Positions 24,000 to 35,190 of a stretch of DNA of 64,000 nt are shown here, piece by piece. The position numbers were made by a program, and so were the translations under genes. The notes beneath the pieces are model-generated. The model was not told where the DNA came from, did not search any database, and saw nothing but the letters and a program-made list of their open reading frames with translations. Origin of the DNA: Lama guanicoe (taxonomy: Eukaryota). The DNA lies in assembly GCA_013239625.1 (NCBI GenBank), contig MU057036.1, positions 6,290,903 through 6,354,902 of the forward strand, given 5' to 3'. The first letter of the stretch is position 1, and each line of letters begins with the position of its first letter.

Positions 24000-24990
24000 A
24001 GGCTAAGTGGGAAGACTCTTTGCGTGCATATAGCTACTGTAATAGAATGGGCGTGTGCACACCGTGGTATAGGGCCTTGGAGAGAAGAAATGAATAAGGG
24101 TTGGCAGTCAGGAAGAGCTCCACAAGGGTTACAGGGAATGAGTGGTACTTTAAAGGATGGACAAATATGGTGGCTCATTGGTAGTGGGACCAGGAGGCAA
24201 TGGTGAACCCTGTTCAGAACCAGGAAATGAATCTAGCATGTTTGTAAGGAATAAAGAATTTTGACTGAAGGATTTAAAGAAGAGGAGGGTAGTCAGATAT
24301 TTAGATCTGAGAGAAAGAATGAGCCCTTGTGAGAAGGGACTGTGTTATCTTGTTCACCACCAGCCCAGTGTGTGTCACACAGCAGGCACTTCATAAATTG
24401 TTGCTGTTCTGTTACTCACTAACATATGTCTAGTGACCCATGCAGTGTTTAGAATAAAGGAGATGCTTAAACAATATATTTTTTTGACTAAATAAATCAA
24501 ATGAAAGGGTGGGGTTCGATTATAGAAGGTCTGGCAATTCTGCTTCAAGACTTGCAAGAATCTTCAAATTCGAGGGGGTGAAAGACTTATTATTGTGCGT
24601 TTTGAGTTAGGGTTGGGGGAGGAAGAGAATGACCCTAGCAGTCAGGAAAGATGAATGTGGCTGCAGAGCCCGTAAAGGATTGGATGGGTGAGCTCAGAGA
24701 GAGAGAGGGGAGCTGTTGGGAAATTATAATCATAAGCGAGGAGAGACGTGATGAGAGGCTGGAGGAAACGGACAGGATGGAAATAAATGAAGGAGGAAGA
24801 AACCTGAAGAATGAGTGGGTATTGGGGGAATGGCCTTGAAAAAGGCACAGTCAAAATTCCCTTAAAAGCCTTGAACTTGGAAATTGGAGCTATCAGTGAG
24901 GGACAATGGGCCGTCAAATGTGGTTCTGCTGGCGGGAAAGGATGTATTCCATCTTGAACTTGGTGAGTTCAGAGGGACTTTAGAATATTG
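24000..24990 (-). mobile_element. Degenerate L2 LINE fragments
   Basis: Purine-rich L2-like motifs, e.g. 'gagacgtgatgagaggctgga', 'ggtgagttcagaggg'. Confidence 0.45.
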
Positions 24991-25046
24991 ATCCCACAAT
25001 GCAGGGCCAGGGGACTCCAATTAGGCTGGTACTAGGGCACTCTGTA

Positions 25047-26035
25047 GACCGATGGTCTTCAAATATTTTTCATCATGTAGCCTTGTCAGCCAAAATTTTT
25101 TTTTGCCATTATTTATTATCTATTATGAAATTATGTACATATAATACTATACTACAGAGTACATACTTTACAAACTATAGATAAAAATTAAACTGAAAAA
25201 TGGAAGATAAAGATGAAAAAGACAGTATTTTAAAAGATTTTGCTAACATGATGACTTCATTTGATAGTTAATGCAAATCCAAAAAGTAGTCAACTCTAAG
25301 GGTGATGTTTATTGTGAATGAGGATAAATATAAATTCATATTTCAAATATCCTTTTTAATAATCTTGAAATATTTTGTTTAGCTTCTTGTCAGATGTTTT
25401 TATATTATAATTTTTTTTTTGTCTTGAATGTGCCTGATAGAAAGCTTGTATCTGAAGGAGTGTCAGCTCTGCTGTCTTCTTATTGTTTCCTTGTGCTTGT
25501 AGTCTTAGTAGGGTAAACACATGTCCTGATTTGCTTAGGATATTTCCAGTTCACACCGATTTCCTGGTATGGCGATTGAGAGGGCCTCTTTTCCTCTCAA
25601 AGAGTCCCCATTTGAATGACAAATTAGAAAATCACCCTCATTATGAGAATTATCTTCAATTCAGTTTTATTGTAGGAAACTTTTTAAGCCATTTATTCAT
25701 CTTGGGTGAGTTAGTTCGACTAAAAATAAAGGATATGAACCCACTTAGCAGGCACACATAAACATGCAGTAATATGCTACAATTGCGTTCAGTGAGTAGG
25801 GGGCCCACTGTCTCCTTCCCTTGTGGGGCATCCATTCAGACCTCAGAGCCACCCTATACCACACGTGAGCCATGCCTATCTGACTTTTAGACTTAATAAA
25901 GACTCAGTGTCCACGGAAAGACAAATGACTAACAGAGCTTGATTTCTGCCTTTGTATTTGCATAAAAAAGAATTAGGTGTTTGTTAGAACATCACCTTTA
26001 GTTAATTGTCTTGTGCACCCAGTGGAAATATCCAC
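25047..26035. mobile_element. Old hAT-Charlie-like DNA transposon remnant
   Basis: TIR-like start 'ccgatggtcttcaaa' followed by AT-rich transposase-like antisense sequence; hosts MER94. Confidence 0.4.
25509..25638. mobile_element. MER94 (hAT-Blackjack) MITE
   Basis: 'tagggtaaacacatgtcctgatttgc...ctctcaaagagtccc..tttgaatgacaaatta...tcaccct' with inverted termini. Confidence 0.75.
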
Positions 26036-26883
26036 TCTGCTTCAGTCTCTTGAAGGGTCAGCCTTATTTCTGTCTCTATCCCCAAAGCCTGGTGCTGTAT
26101 CTAACACAAAGGAGGTGTTTGAGTTGTTCAAGGAATAATGAATGAATTATATACGTGAATGAGAGACCTTCAGATGAAATGCAGGACTGCAAGTGGTAAG
26201 GAGACACGAAGATCTATTGAGTACTTTTCTTGGACCCAACACTTTCACTAATGTTTTCGTGTAATCCTTCCTATAATTGGGGTAGATGTGCTATATTATC
26301 CCACCCTTGCAGATGAAAGTGAAGCTCAGGGAATTACATAATTTGTCCAAGGGAAGTGGCAGAGCCAGGTCTGCCTGACTTCTAACCCATGCTCTTGCCA
26401 GGGGTTGGGAGCACAGAGGTAATATTCAAAGACGTGAAAATCAATGAGTTATTCAATGCAAAGAATGTAAAACCAGAGAAGAAGAGGCCCATGGTTGGAG
26501 TTCAGGGAATCACCCACAAGTAAGGACCAGCAAGAGAAGGAGAGGATGGAGAGGGGTGAGGGGGACCAGGAAAAGTGCTGAGTGATGACATCCACCCGGG
26601 AGAAGAGAGTGTCCTCAGGAAAGGAGGATGACCTGTTCAAGACCTGCCATGGACCCAAGAAATTAGGGCTGTAGGAAGAGGGACTGGTGACCTCTCATAC
26701 TATAATTAAACAATGGGGATAAAGACCACAATGCAGGGAGTTAAAGAGAGAGTGGCTGATGAGGAAATACATTGAGGAGAAGCACATACTCATCTGGGAA
26801 GCTTATCACTGAAAGGGAGTTGAAGACCCAGAGGACCAGACAAAGTTTTCTCAAATTGCAGGAATTTGGGGCATTTGTGAAAA

Positions 26884-27215
26884 CGTAGCAGAGATGATGG
26901 TTCACCTAATAGTCCATCCACTCCGCCACATTTCCCAGCCTTCTTTGCAAATAAACTAGGACTATGTGATTAGATCTGGCCGTGGACCAAGAATAGGGAG
27001 ACATGTACTTTTGGTAGAGGCTAATGAGAGCCGATGAGCTTTCTCCATCACCCTTTCCCCCCTACTTGGCGTGTCCAGGGGCTACGCATTCCAGATAACA
27101 TTGCTTCGTAACCGAGGGGGAGCCACACAACCCTTATCAGACTGTGAAAGTGAGACATTGGTCTCTGCTGTGTTAAGCCAATGAAATTAGGGTGCTATTT
27201 GAGACAACAGCTAAT
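26884..27215 (+). mobile_element. MaLR LTR (MLT1I/J-like)
   Basis: 'acatttcccagccttctttgca', 'tgtgattag', 'gtgttaagccaatgaaattaggg'. Confidence 0.65.
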
Positions 27216-28049
27216 GTCAATCATTCCAAGGAGAAGAGACGAGAGAGGGAAAGGATAAGTCTGAGAAGAGCACTTTTACGGTTTGGGAAAGAATGGGGTT
27301 TCGGAAAAACAGCTCTTCCCTTTGAAGTGCAGGAAAGGATGAGAGGACTGGGGTCAGGCTGAGGGCTTGCTTAGGATGATCTGATCTTTGGCAAGGAGAG
27401 GGTGAGAGGTCAACTGCCGAGCTCACTGCGTGGGGATGGGCTTGGGGATAGAAGGGAGACTGCAGGGTCTGAAACAATTGCCACCCTCCTGCATCAACTA
27501 GAGAATCCATGAGAGATCAGCAAAGGGATTGCTTACCTAGAGCTCAGCTCGAGTTGGATAACTCATCAGGAAACCTAGGCAGAGCTAGAAAATGTCCAGA
27601 GAAGAAGGACTAAAATGATCAAGGAAATGTGATTTTCTTGTAGGAAGACAAGCTAAGATGATTGAAACTCTTCCGCCTGGAAGCACAAAGGCTGAGCAAG
27701 ATATGATCAAAGGGTTTGTCTTCTGAAGGGGACAGGAGGAGAGGCAGAGACGGTCTGGCCCATGGAAACTTGCAAAACTGTGGGAAGGAGCACGTCCAGA
27801 AACCTGGAAGAGGTGGTTTGAACATAAAGGACCAAAGCGCCACTTTCTACAGCAGGTTCATTCTGGGCATAAGGTGTGGCACAAATGTAAACATAAACAG
27901 AGCAGGAAACTGACTTCCAGACTCGATTCGCAAAGTTCGTCCAAACATGAAATATACATAAACCAGAATTCTGCAAGCCCGAAGGCAGAGTAGAAATAGA
28001 ATGTGGTTTTGAGACAGAGACCTGGTTTTAAACTCTCATACGAACTCTA

Positions 28050-28430
28050 TTCCATTGTTCATTCGAGAAATATTTATCGAACACCTACTATGTACCAGCA
28101 CTGAGCCACATAACAGAGTCTAGCAGCAAATGGGGCATGGGTGGTCCCTGCCCTCAAAAAGTTTACAGTCTAACAGAGAAGGCAGATACCAAATAAATGA
28201 TGGCAAAAATCATTATTTAAATTACAATTTTGGTAAGTGCCTCCCAGGACAAGCACAAGGTGCTGTGAGAGCACCTGGAGGGACTGGACTAATCTGGGAT
28301 GGGGGGAGGATGGTTCCTCGAAGGAGTGACATTGGAAATGAAATTTACATGATTAGTAAGGATTGGCAAATGAAGAGGGAGGACAGGAGAGTTTCAGGCA
28401 CGAGAAAAGCAGAAGCAAAGGCCCTGAGGC
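28050..28430 (-). mobile_element. L2 LINE 3' region
   Basis: 'ttcattcgagaaatatttatcgaacacctactatgtaccag...gtccctgccctca...gcaaaggccctgagg'. Confidence 0.75.
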
Positions 28431-29903
28431 CAGCAAGATCCTGACCCTCTCTGAGCCTTAGTTTCCCCATCTGGATCGAATGCTCTTGGTGGCCGACATG
28501 AGGCCGCTCTCCACATCTGCTGACGGTGAGGCTGGCTGCCAACGGCTCAGAGCTGCCCCTTTGAAACATTTGTTCACATCACATGGAAACAGCTGGAAGA
28601 TTTTGGTTCCCTTATCACATCTTCACTCTGTGCAGGTAGGGAGGGATATATGCAGCCCATGGCCAAGGACTGATTGACACAGTTACAGGCAGCCAGCCCC
28701 TCCCCGTGCTGTCTGTCCTGCTCCAGAGCCTGGGCGGGATCTGGCTGAGTCTGGGCTTCAACCGATACCATGTCTTTGTTTTACTTCCTCTCCTGCCTCG
28801 TCCTGTGGTCCTCACTTCCTCACAGGCTGCTCTCCTGACAGTGTTCCCTCCGTCACAAGAATCTCATTTCAGGCTCTGCGTCTGGGAACACCATTCAGGA
28901 TGCCCATCTGAACTGAAACAATGGACTCAAACCATCTACGCATAGCTGTGCAGTGGTGAAGCCCTGGGCTGGGAATCCGTGGTGCTGGCGTAGAGAGTGC
29001 TGGGGGCCCCCTCACCTCTCCCCTCCTCCAGATACCTGGGATCCTCATTTTGCACAAGGATGTTTGTTACCCATGCAGATTACAAAGTACGTTCATATCC
29101 ATTGTTTAATTAAGCTCCCAAAACAACTCCTTACGTAGGAAGGAGCCAACCAGACGAGGAAAACTGGCGTCAGAGAGGTGAAGTGTCCAGCTCAAGATTA
29201 TCCATTCAAGTTGCCGGGACTCAGAGCTGTGACCCTGGTCACCAAGCTTCTTTATCTCCGCAGGCCATCCCCCTCTGTTGACCAGTGTCCCAGAAAGTCC
29301 AAATACAGCACAAGATGGAGGATTCATCTGACTTAATCTGGCATTTTTATGCTCTTGTGGATTTGCTTTCATAATTGTTGCTAATTTGTCCTTGAGGACA
29401 AACAAGTGGGTTCTATGAACGCACACACTACTTTTCAACACGTGGATCCGTGTTTTCTGTTTTTCAAACTAAATGATGTGTGCTGGTTTCCTGTCACCTG
29501 TGAGATCTCCCCTGCTTTTTCAAGTGCAGAAAGCGGAAAATCTTTAAGGATTCAGCCAGTGAGTAAAAATCTTAAGAAGGGATGTAAATGGATTGGTTTG
29601 GGTATCATTTCTGTTAGGAAATTAAGGAGGTCTTAACAAGCCATGGCCTTTCAGACAAATTTGCCAAAAGGGGCCAAAGGATTTTGGGGAATGAGCCCCA
29701 CCTATCCTGTCAGCTCTGAGCCTTGAATAAGAGGACAGAGTAACCTTGTGAGGAACTTGTCCGGTCTTGACAGTCTAGAGGCAGGATAAAGGATGCTTTG
29801 GCATTTGTCTGATAGCCTCTGATTTTTTTTTTTCGTTTCCTGCCTCTAAGTGCACAGAAACAGGACTTTCATTTCTTGAGAGTTAATTTCCTTCAGCAGC
29901 TTA

Positions 29904-30075
29904 NNNNNNNNNNNNNNNNNNNNNNNNNNNNNNNNNNNNNNNNNNNNNNNNNNNNNNNNNNNNNNNNNNNNNNNNNNNNNNNNNNNNNNNNNNNNNNNNN
30001 NNNNNNNNNNNNNNNNNNNNNNNNNNNNNNNNNNNNNNNNNNNNNNNNNNNNNNNNNNNNNNNNNNNNNNNNNNN
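29904..30075. other. N block (172 nt)
   Basis: Run of n. Confidence 0.99.
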
Positions 30076-30632
30076 ACCAGAGAAGGAACAGTCAAATCTC
30101 TGAAGCTGTTATGAGTGGGAGAATTGTAAATGAGAACTTTATCCAAATGCAGTCCATCATTTTATTGATCAAGCATTGCGATGTATTTCTGCTCTGTGCA
30201 TGGGGCACCCTGGTTATAATGGAGCTTTGCTGTTTTTATGAAACTCTCTGTTCCCATTCTTTTGGTCACAACTCACTTACCAGAAACACACTCCTTGCCT
30301 GGCCGGCCTTAGAGGTTGCAGTGGAGAACAAACGAGAGTGGGTACTTTGCCAGAAAACACTACGCATCTGCCAGGTCTCATCATCGTGGGCAGTAGCACC
30401 CCCCACCCCCCACAAAACAGGAAGTCCACGGTGTGAATCATTTCCACTTACCCGGGTGCCAGCATCTCACCAGCTTCTATGCCAGCACTGCATTCTTTAA
30501 ACATGGATGCCAACCTGACTGAAACAACGCTCGTGAAATAGTAACTTACAAAATTGAACCCTGGATGCAGGAAGATGGGAAATTGGCAGATTTCATGATG
30601 CTGATCATTCAACGTCTTTCAGTTTAATTTTT

Positions 30633-30807
30633 GTTTAAATGTTTAAAATTTTAGTTTTAGTTGGGGGGTAGGTAATTAGGTTTATTTATTTATTTATTTA
30701 CTTTACTTACTTACTTATTTGTTTATTTAGTGGAGGTGCTGGGAGTTGAACCCAGGACCTCATGCATGCTGATCATGCACTCTACCCCTGAGCTATACTC
30801 TCCCCAC
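30633..30807 (-). mobile_element. Vic-1-type SINE, long form
   Basis: tRNA-Ala-like head in reverse, 'aaacctaattacct' tail, short TSD taattttt (30625-30632 / 30808-30815). Confidence 0.9.
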
Positions 30808-30982
30808 TAATTTTTCATGTAAGCTGTAGATTTGCAACTGGTACACATTGGCCTGTGGTGCAGAAAGATAACATTAGTTAGTTAGCCTCACACGACTGCT
30901 CATAAGTTCTGCTGGGCCTTCAGGGAGCCGGGCTCGTCTGTCCTCAGCAGAGGGAGGTCCCTTCTCCCCTCTGGCTCTCTGA

Positions 30983-31095
30983 GTTGACTCACTTTGTCAA
31001 GGAGTGTGTGATGGTCCCAGAACCCCCTTTCTCTGCGGTTGACTCACTTTGTCAAGGAGTGTGTGATGGTCCCAGAACCCCCTTTCTCTGCGGTT
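30983..31095. repeat. Perfect 55-bp tandem duplication
   Basis: 30983-31037 is identical to 31038-31092, plus 3-nt 'gtt' overhang. Confidence 0.95.
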
Positions 31096-32229
31096 CATCA
31101 CGACACCAGCCAAAAGCCATTTTGATTATCCTCCTTGTTTTGGTTTAAAAATTGACTCTAAGGAAAAGAAAGCCAACCCCGCCCTGCAAGTGTGTGACCC
31201 CAGCAGACCAGAGCAGTCTGCACGGCCAATAACCAGCCCAACCGCGAAGCCCTGCAGTATGCATCACTCCTGTTTAGGCCCATTTGCTGTGGAATGCAAT
31301 CAGGTCTCCACGAGGAAAACAGGTGCACTGCCGTGCTCTTAGCATGAAGGTTGATACTTCCTCTGCGTGACAGTGAATTTTCAACCATTTCAAGTTCGTA
31401 TTAGTTCTCATACATCATTTTTCGAAGTCAGTAGCAAGCGCTCATTTATCCAAAAGCCCGTGGACAATACTCAGATGGCTGTATTTTCCCCACACGGTGA
31501 CAAGTGATGCTCTTAGTGATGCTTCCAATTACCAAGAGATCCTGCGTCCATGGAATCAATAAGCCATGCTCGTCACAGTCTTAGGGTCAAGTTTATGATT
31601 TTGTTATTATTCATTGCAAAACTGATAACTTTTGTTAATGAATAAGTAACTCCAGGCTATGTGAAATATTTACCAACGATCCTATTATCGTTATGTCAAA
31701 TAAGAAAAAAAAATGACACCTTTCAAAAACAGAAGCTAGGACAGCCAACATTTCAAACAAATCACCAAAGGGTTCAGGACTTCGGTTTTTAGTAGATGTA
31801 GTCATGATGAAGTCCCAGACCCACTCGCATTCTTAAGGCAACACAGACAAGTACAAACATGTCGGCTTTTCTGAGCACACAAGTCAGGGTCACCAGAGGG
31901 CAGGGAACTTGCCACTGGTCTGGACGAAGAGGCTAAATGTGGCTTAGATTGGACATCTGACAAAAATACCCCAAGGAAGCACATTTTTATGAGATTTTAT
32001 CCTCAATTCAGTAACCCAAGTCCCTCCTCTTTACAGAAATACTCTTTTCTCCCCAGGACAGTTCCGCAGACTAGTCTTCGTGGGGTTGTCACCATGCTGG
32101 TCCGTGGGCAGGTCCTAATGCCAGCTGGGACCCTTGGGTCTAAGATGACTTGTCAGTACTTGGGGTCCCTGGCGGTTCAGCGGCTGTCTGGGTTGTGCTA
32201 GGTAACAGAATATACCTGTTGTTTTAATT

Positions 32230-32495
32230 AACTATAGAATACTGGTTAAGTGTATTAAGTTAGTACTTAAGTGTATTGCATGTAATACTTTGGCATTAGT
32301 GAGACCAGATTTAAATTCTTTGCCATTTACCAGTTATTAAGTTATCATCATCAAATTGCATAACGGCTCTAAATCCCCATTTTCTCATTAGTGTAACAAG
32401 GATAATCCTGCTACCGAGACTACCTACTCACAGAGCTGCTGTGAATTAGAGATACTGTGTCTTACAGTGTCTGGCACTTACTAAGTCTTCAATCA
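32230..32495 (+). mobile_element. MIR SINE
   Basis: 'ggttaag...agaccagatttaaatt...gccatttaccag...cccattttctcat...gataat...acctactcacagagctgctgtga...gtgtctggcac'. Confidence 0.65.
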
Positions 32496-32508
32496 AGAGT
32501 GACTCTTC

Positions 32509-33345
32509 CTTGGCCATCATTAAAAAGTCCACAAATGATAAATGCCNNNNNNNNNNNNNNNNNNNNNNNNNNNNNNNNNNNNNNNNNNNNNNNNNNNNNN
32601 NNNNNNNNNNNNNNNNNNNNNNNNNNNNNNNNNNNNNNNNNNNNNNNNNNNNNNNNNNNNNNNNNNNNNNNNNNNNNNNNNNNNNNNNNNNNNNNNNNNN
32701 NNNAACTCTAATTTAAAATGATACATGCCCCCAAATGTTCATAGAAGCACTATTTACGACAGCCAAGACATGGAAACAACCTAAATGTCCGTCGACAGAT
32801 NNNNNNNNNNNNNNNNNNNNNNNNNNNNNNNNNNNNNNNNNNNNNNNNNNNNNNNNNNNNNNNNNNNNNNNNNNNNNNNNNNNNNNNNNNNNNNNNNNNN
32901 NNNNNNNNNNNNNNNNNNNNNNNNNNNNNNNNNNNNNNNNNNNNNNNNNNNNNNNNNNNNNNNNNNNNNNTCAGCCAGAAGGAGAAAAAATACCGTATGA
33001 TATCACTTACATGTGGAATCTAAGGAAAAAAAGGACTCATATGAACTTGTTTTTGAAACAGAGACAGACTCATAGACATAAAGAACAAACATAGTTACCA
33101 GGGAAGAAAAGGTGTAGAGAGGGAGAATTTAGGAGTTCAGGATTTGTAGATACTAACAACTATATACAAAATAGACAAACAAGGTCCTACTGTATAGCAT
33201 AAGAAACTACATTTAATACCTTGTAATGGCCTATAATGAAAAAGAATATGAAAAAGAATATGTATACATATGTATAAATGAATCACTATACTGTACACCA
33301 GAAATTAGTACAACATTGTAAATCGACTATACTTCAATTAAAAAG
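32509..33345 (+). mobile_element. 5'-truncated young L1 (ORF2 C-terminus and 3' UTR) containing two N blocks
   Basis: AIIKKSTNDKC...MFIEALFTTAKTWKQPKCPSTD; poly(A); TSD aagagtgactcttc (32495-32508) / aagagtcactattc (33346-33359). Confidence 0.93.
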
Positions 33346-33923
33346 AAGAGTCACTATTCTCTTTATCTGGCAACCTTCTACAATCGTAACATATATATAC
33401 ATGCAGGCTTCCATTATCCTTATTGATTTAATAACCTAAAATCATTCTCACTCATTATTATAATAGCAATCATTATCGCAATTACTGTTTGTTCATGACA
33501 CTTCACATTATTATAATTATTATTTTTATCCTGCTCTCACAAATGTCATCAATAACTACCAGCCATTAGTTGTCATTAATAATTACCAACTCCATGACAT
33601 CCCACTCCAGTGTTCAGGATAAGTGAGGGTTTCTTTTATAGTACTGAGGGTCAGCCCAAAGTGAAGGATTTGTCTCCATTGAACAAAAACTATCCTGCAG
33701 AATATTTGAGGTGAGTTTGGTTTCTGCTCTAAACTAAACGCAAGTAACTGACTAAATTTGATGTCTGACCTAAACCATCTGAAAAGACCGTGTTCTGAAG
33801 GAAAACACTTGAAGGCTAGGAGGTGTGTGAAATCATGCACACTGGGCAGGAATATTCCAGAGGAAATGACTGAGTTAGTCAGTTAGTTAGCTAGTTTGTT
33901 TGCTTGTTTAAAAGTTACACTAA

Positions 33924-34107
33924 GAGGGAGGGTATAGCTCAGCAGTAGAGCACATACTTAGTGTGCGCAAGGTCCTGGGTTCAATCCCCAGTGCCTCCAT
34001 TAAATAAGTAAATAAACCAAATCACCTCCCCAACAAAGGAAAAAAAAATTCAAAAAAGAAGAAAAAATCAACAAAAAAGAAAAAAGCCAACAAAAAAGAA
34101 AAAAAAA
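33924..34107 (+). mobile_element. Vic-1-type SINE, long form with extended A-rich tail
   Basis: 'gggagggtatagctcagcagtagagcacatacttag...ggtcctgggttcaatccccagtgcctcca'. Confidence 0.9.
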
Positions 34108-34916
34108 TGGCTACACAAACTATCAGCTCACTTTAGTAAACTCACCGTCGTGAACACGAGTGTATAGATATATGTAAACGAAATCTCATTTACTTCCAGA
34201 GTTTCCCAAATGTTTTTGTTTGCTGGGATTTTCGTAATGTTAAAAATACAGTGTACGGGACGGAAGTGAGATTGTGGGACTATGGCTTCTAAGGAAATAA
34301 GCCTCGGTGAGATGTGGTTTCCCCTGAGCCGTGAGATGATGGGTCGTTAAGAGTGACAAACAAGCTGAGGAAGGAGCATCATCGCATCCTGGATTCTAAA
34401 ATTTGATTTCTTTCCTCCACGTGTCACAGGCTACTTTCGTTCACCACCAAGATGAAGAGACTGCAAATCAGGAGAGCCTCAAGGAGAAGCAGGGTGGCCC
34501 TCCTCGCTCCTGTCTTTGAGGAGGTGCGCTAAGTCAGCGGGGCCAGTGCCACGTGCACAAAGGCAGTTGGAGCCGTCCCTGAAATGATTTTTCTGCTCAG
34601 GCGATGTATCAACTCTTAATGTGTTCCTTGAAGAGTAAGACTACAGACCTCTCAAGGTCAAGGACAAAATGGCACTCACTTGGTACCTCCAGCATTTTTC
34701 CCAGGACCTGGTGTGCAGATGGTGCCCTATAAAGATTCTTGAATAAAAAGAGGGATGTGTAGATACATCCAAAATTTAGAGGAATGGACATGAAGCCAGC
34801 AGGACTAGGGTGAGAAATGGCCATGATCTGGGCTCTTTCTGTCCTACCAAACAGATTCAAATCCCCTTGGATCATCTTGACCTTTTTCTGCTTGCATTTC
34901 TGTATGATAGAGAGGT

Positions 34917-34988
34917 TTTAGTTGAACCATGTGAAATTTCACCTGTGTTGGTCAAAAATGTACAATTACCAACAATTTAAGTTCCAAC
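34917..34988. mobile_element. MADE2 (Tc1/Mariner) MITE
   Basis: 'ttagttgaaccatgtgaaatt...ggtcaaaaatg...caattt..gttccaac' resembles the ~80-bp palindromic MADE2. Confidence 0.65.
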
Positions 34989-34994
34989 GGAAGA

Positions 34995-35190
34995 GTAGAC
35001 GGAGGGGTTAAGAGCACTTAATTTGCGAGGCAGAGATGTGAATTTGAATTCTGACCTCTGCTTAGCACTTGTGTGACCTTAGAAACGTTATGTAACACTT
35101 CCGAGCTTTCATCTCTTCGTAGAACTGGGGATGACAAAACCTCTATGGTTGTAAAGATTGAAATCAGGTCGTACGCGTTGACCATGTTCT
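34995..35190 (+). mobile_element. MIR SINE
   Basis: 'ggttaagagcac...tttgaattctgacctctgc...tgtgtgacctt...ggttgtaaagattgaaat'. Confidence 0.65.

Noticed and set aside
30983-31095. CRISPR-like array
   Set aside because: Only two abutting units with no spacer, in mammalian DNA
32510-33094. L1 ORF2 peptides (also 44693-45016, 48343-48690) as CDS
   Set aside because: Truncated, frameshifted or stop-containing retrotransposon remnants
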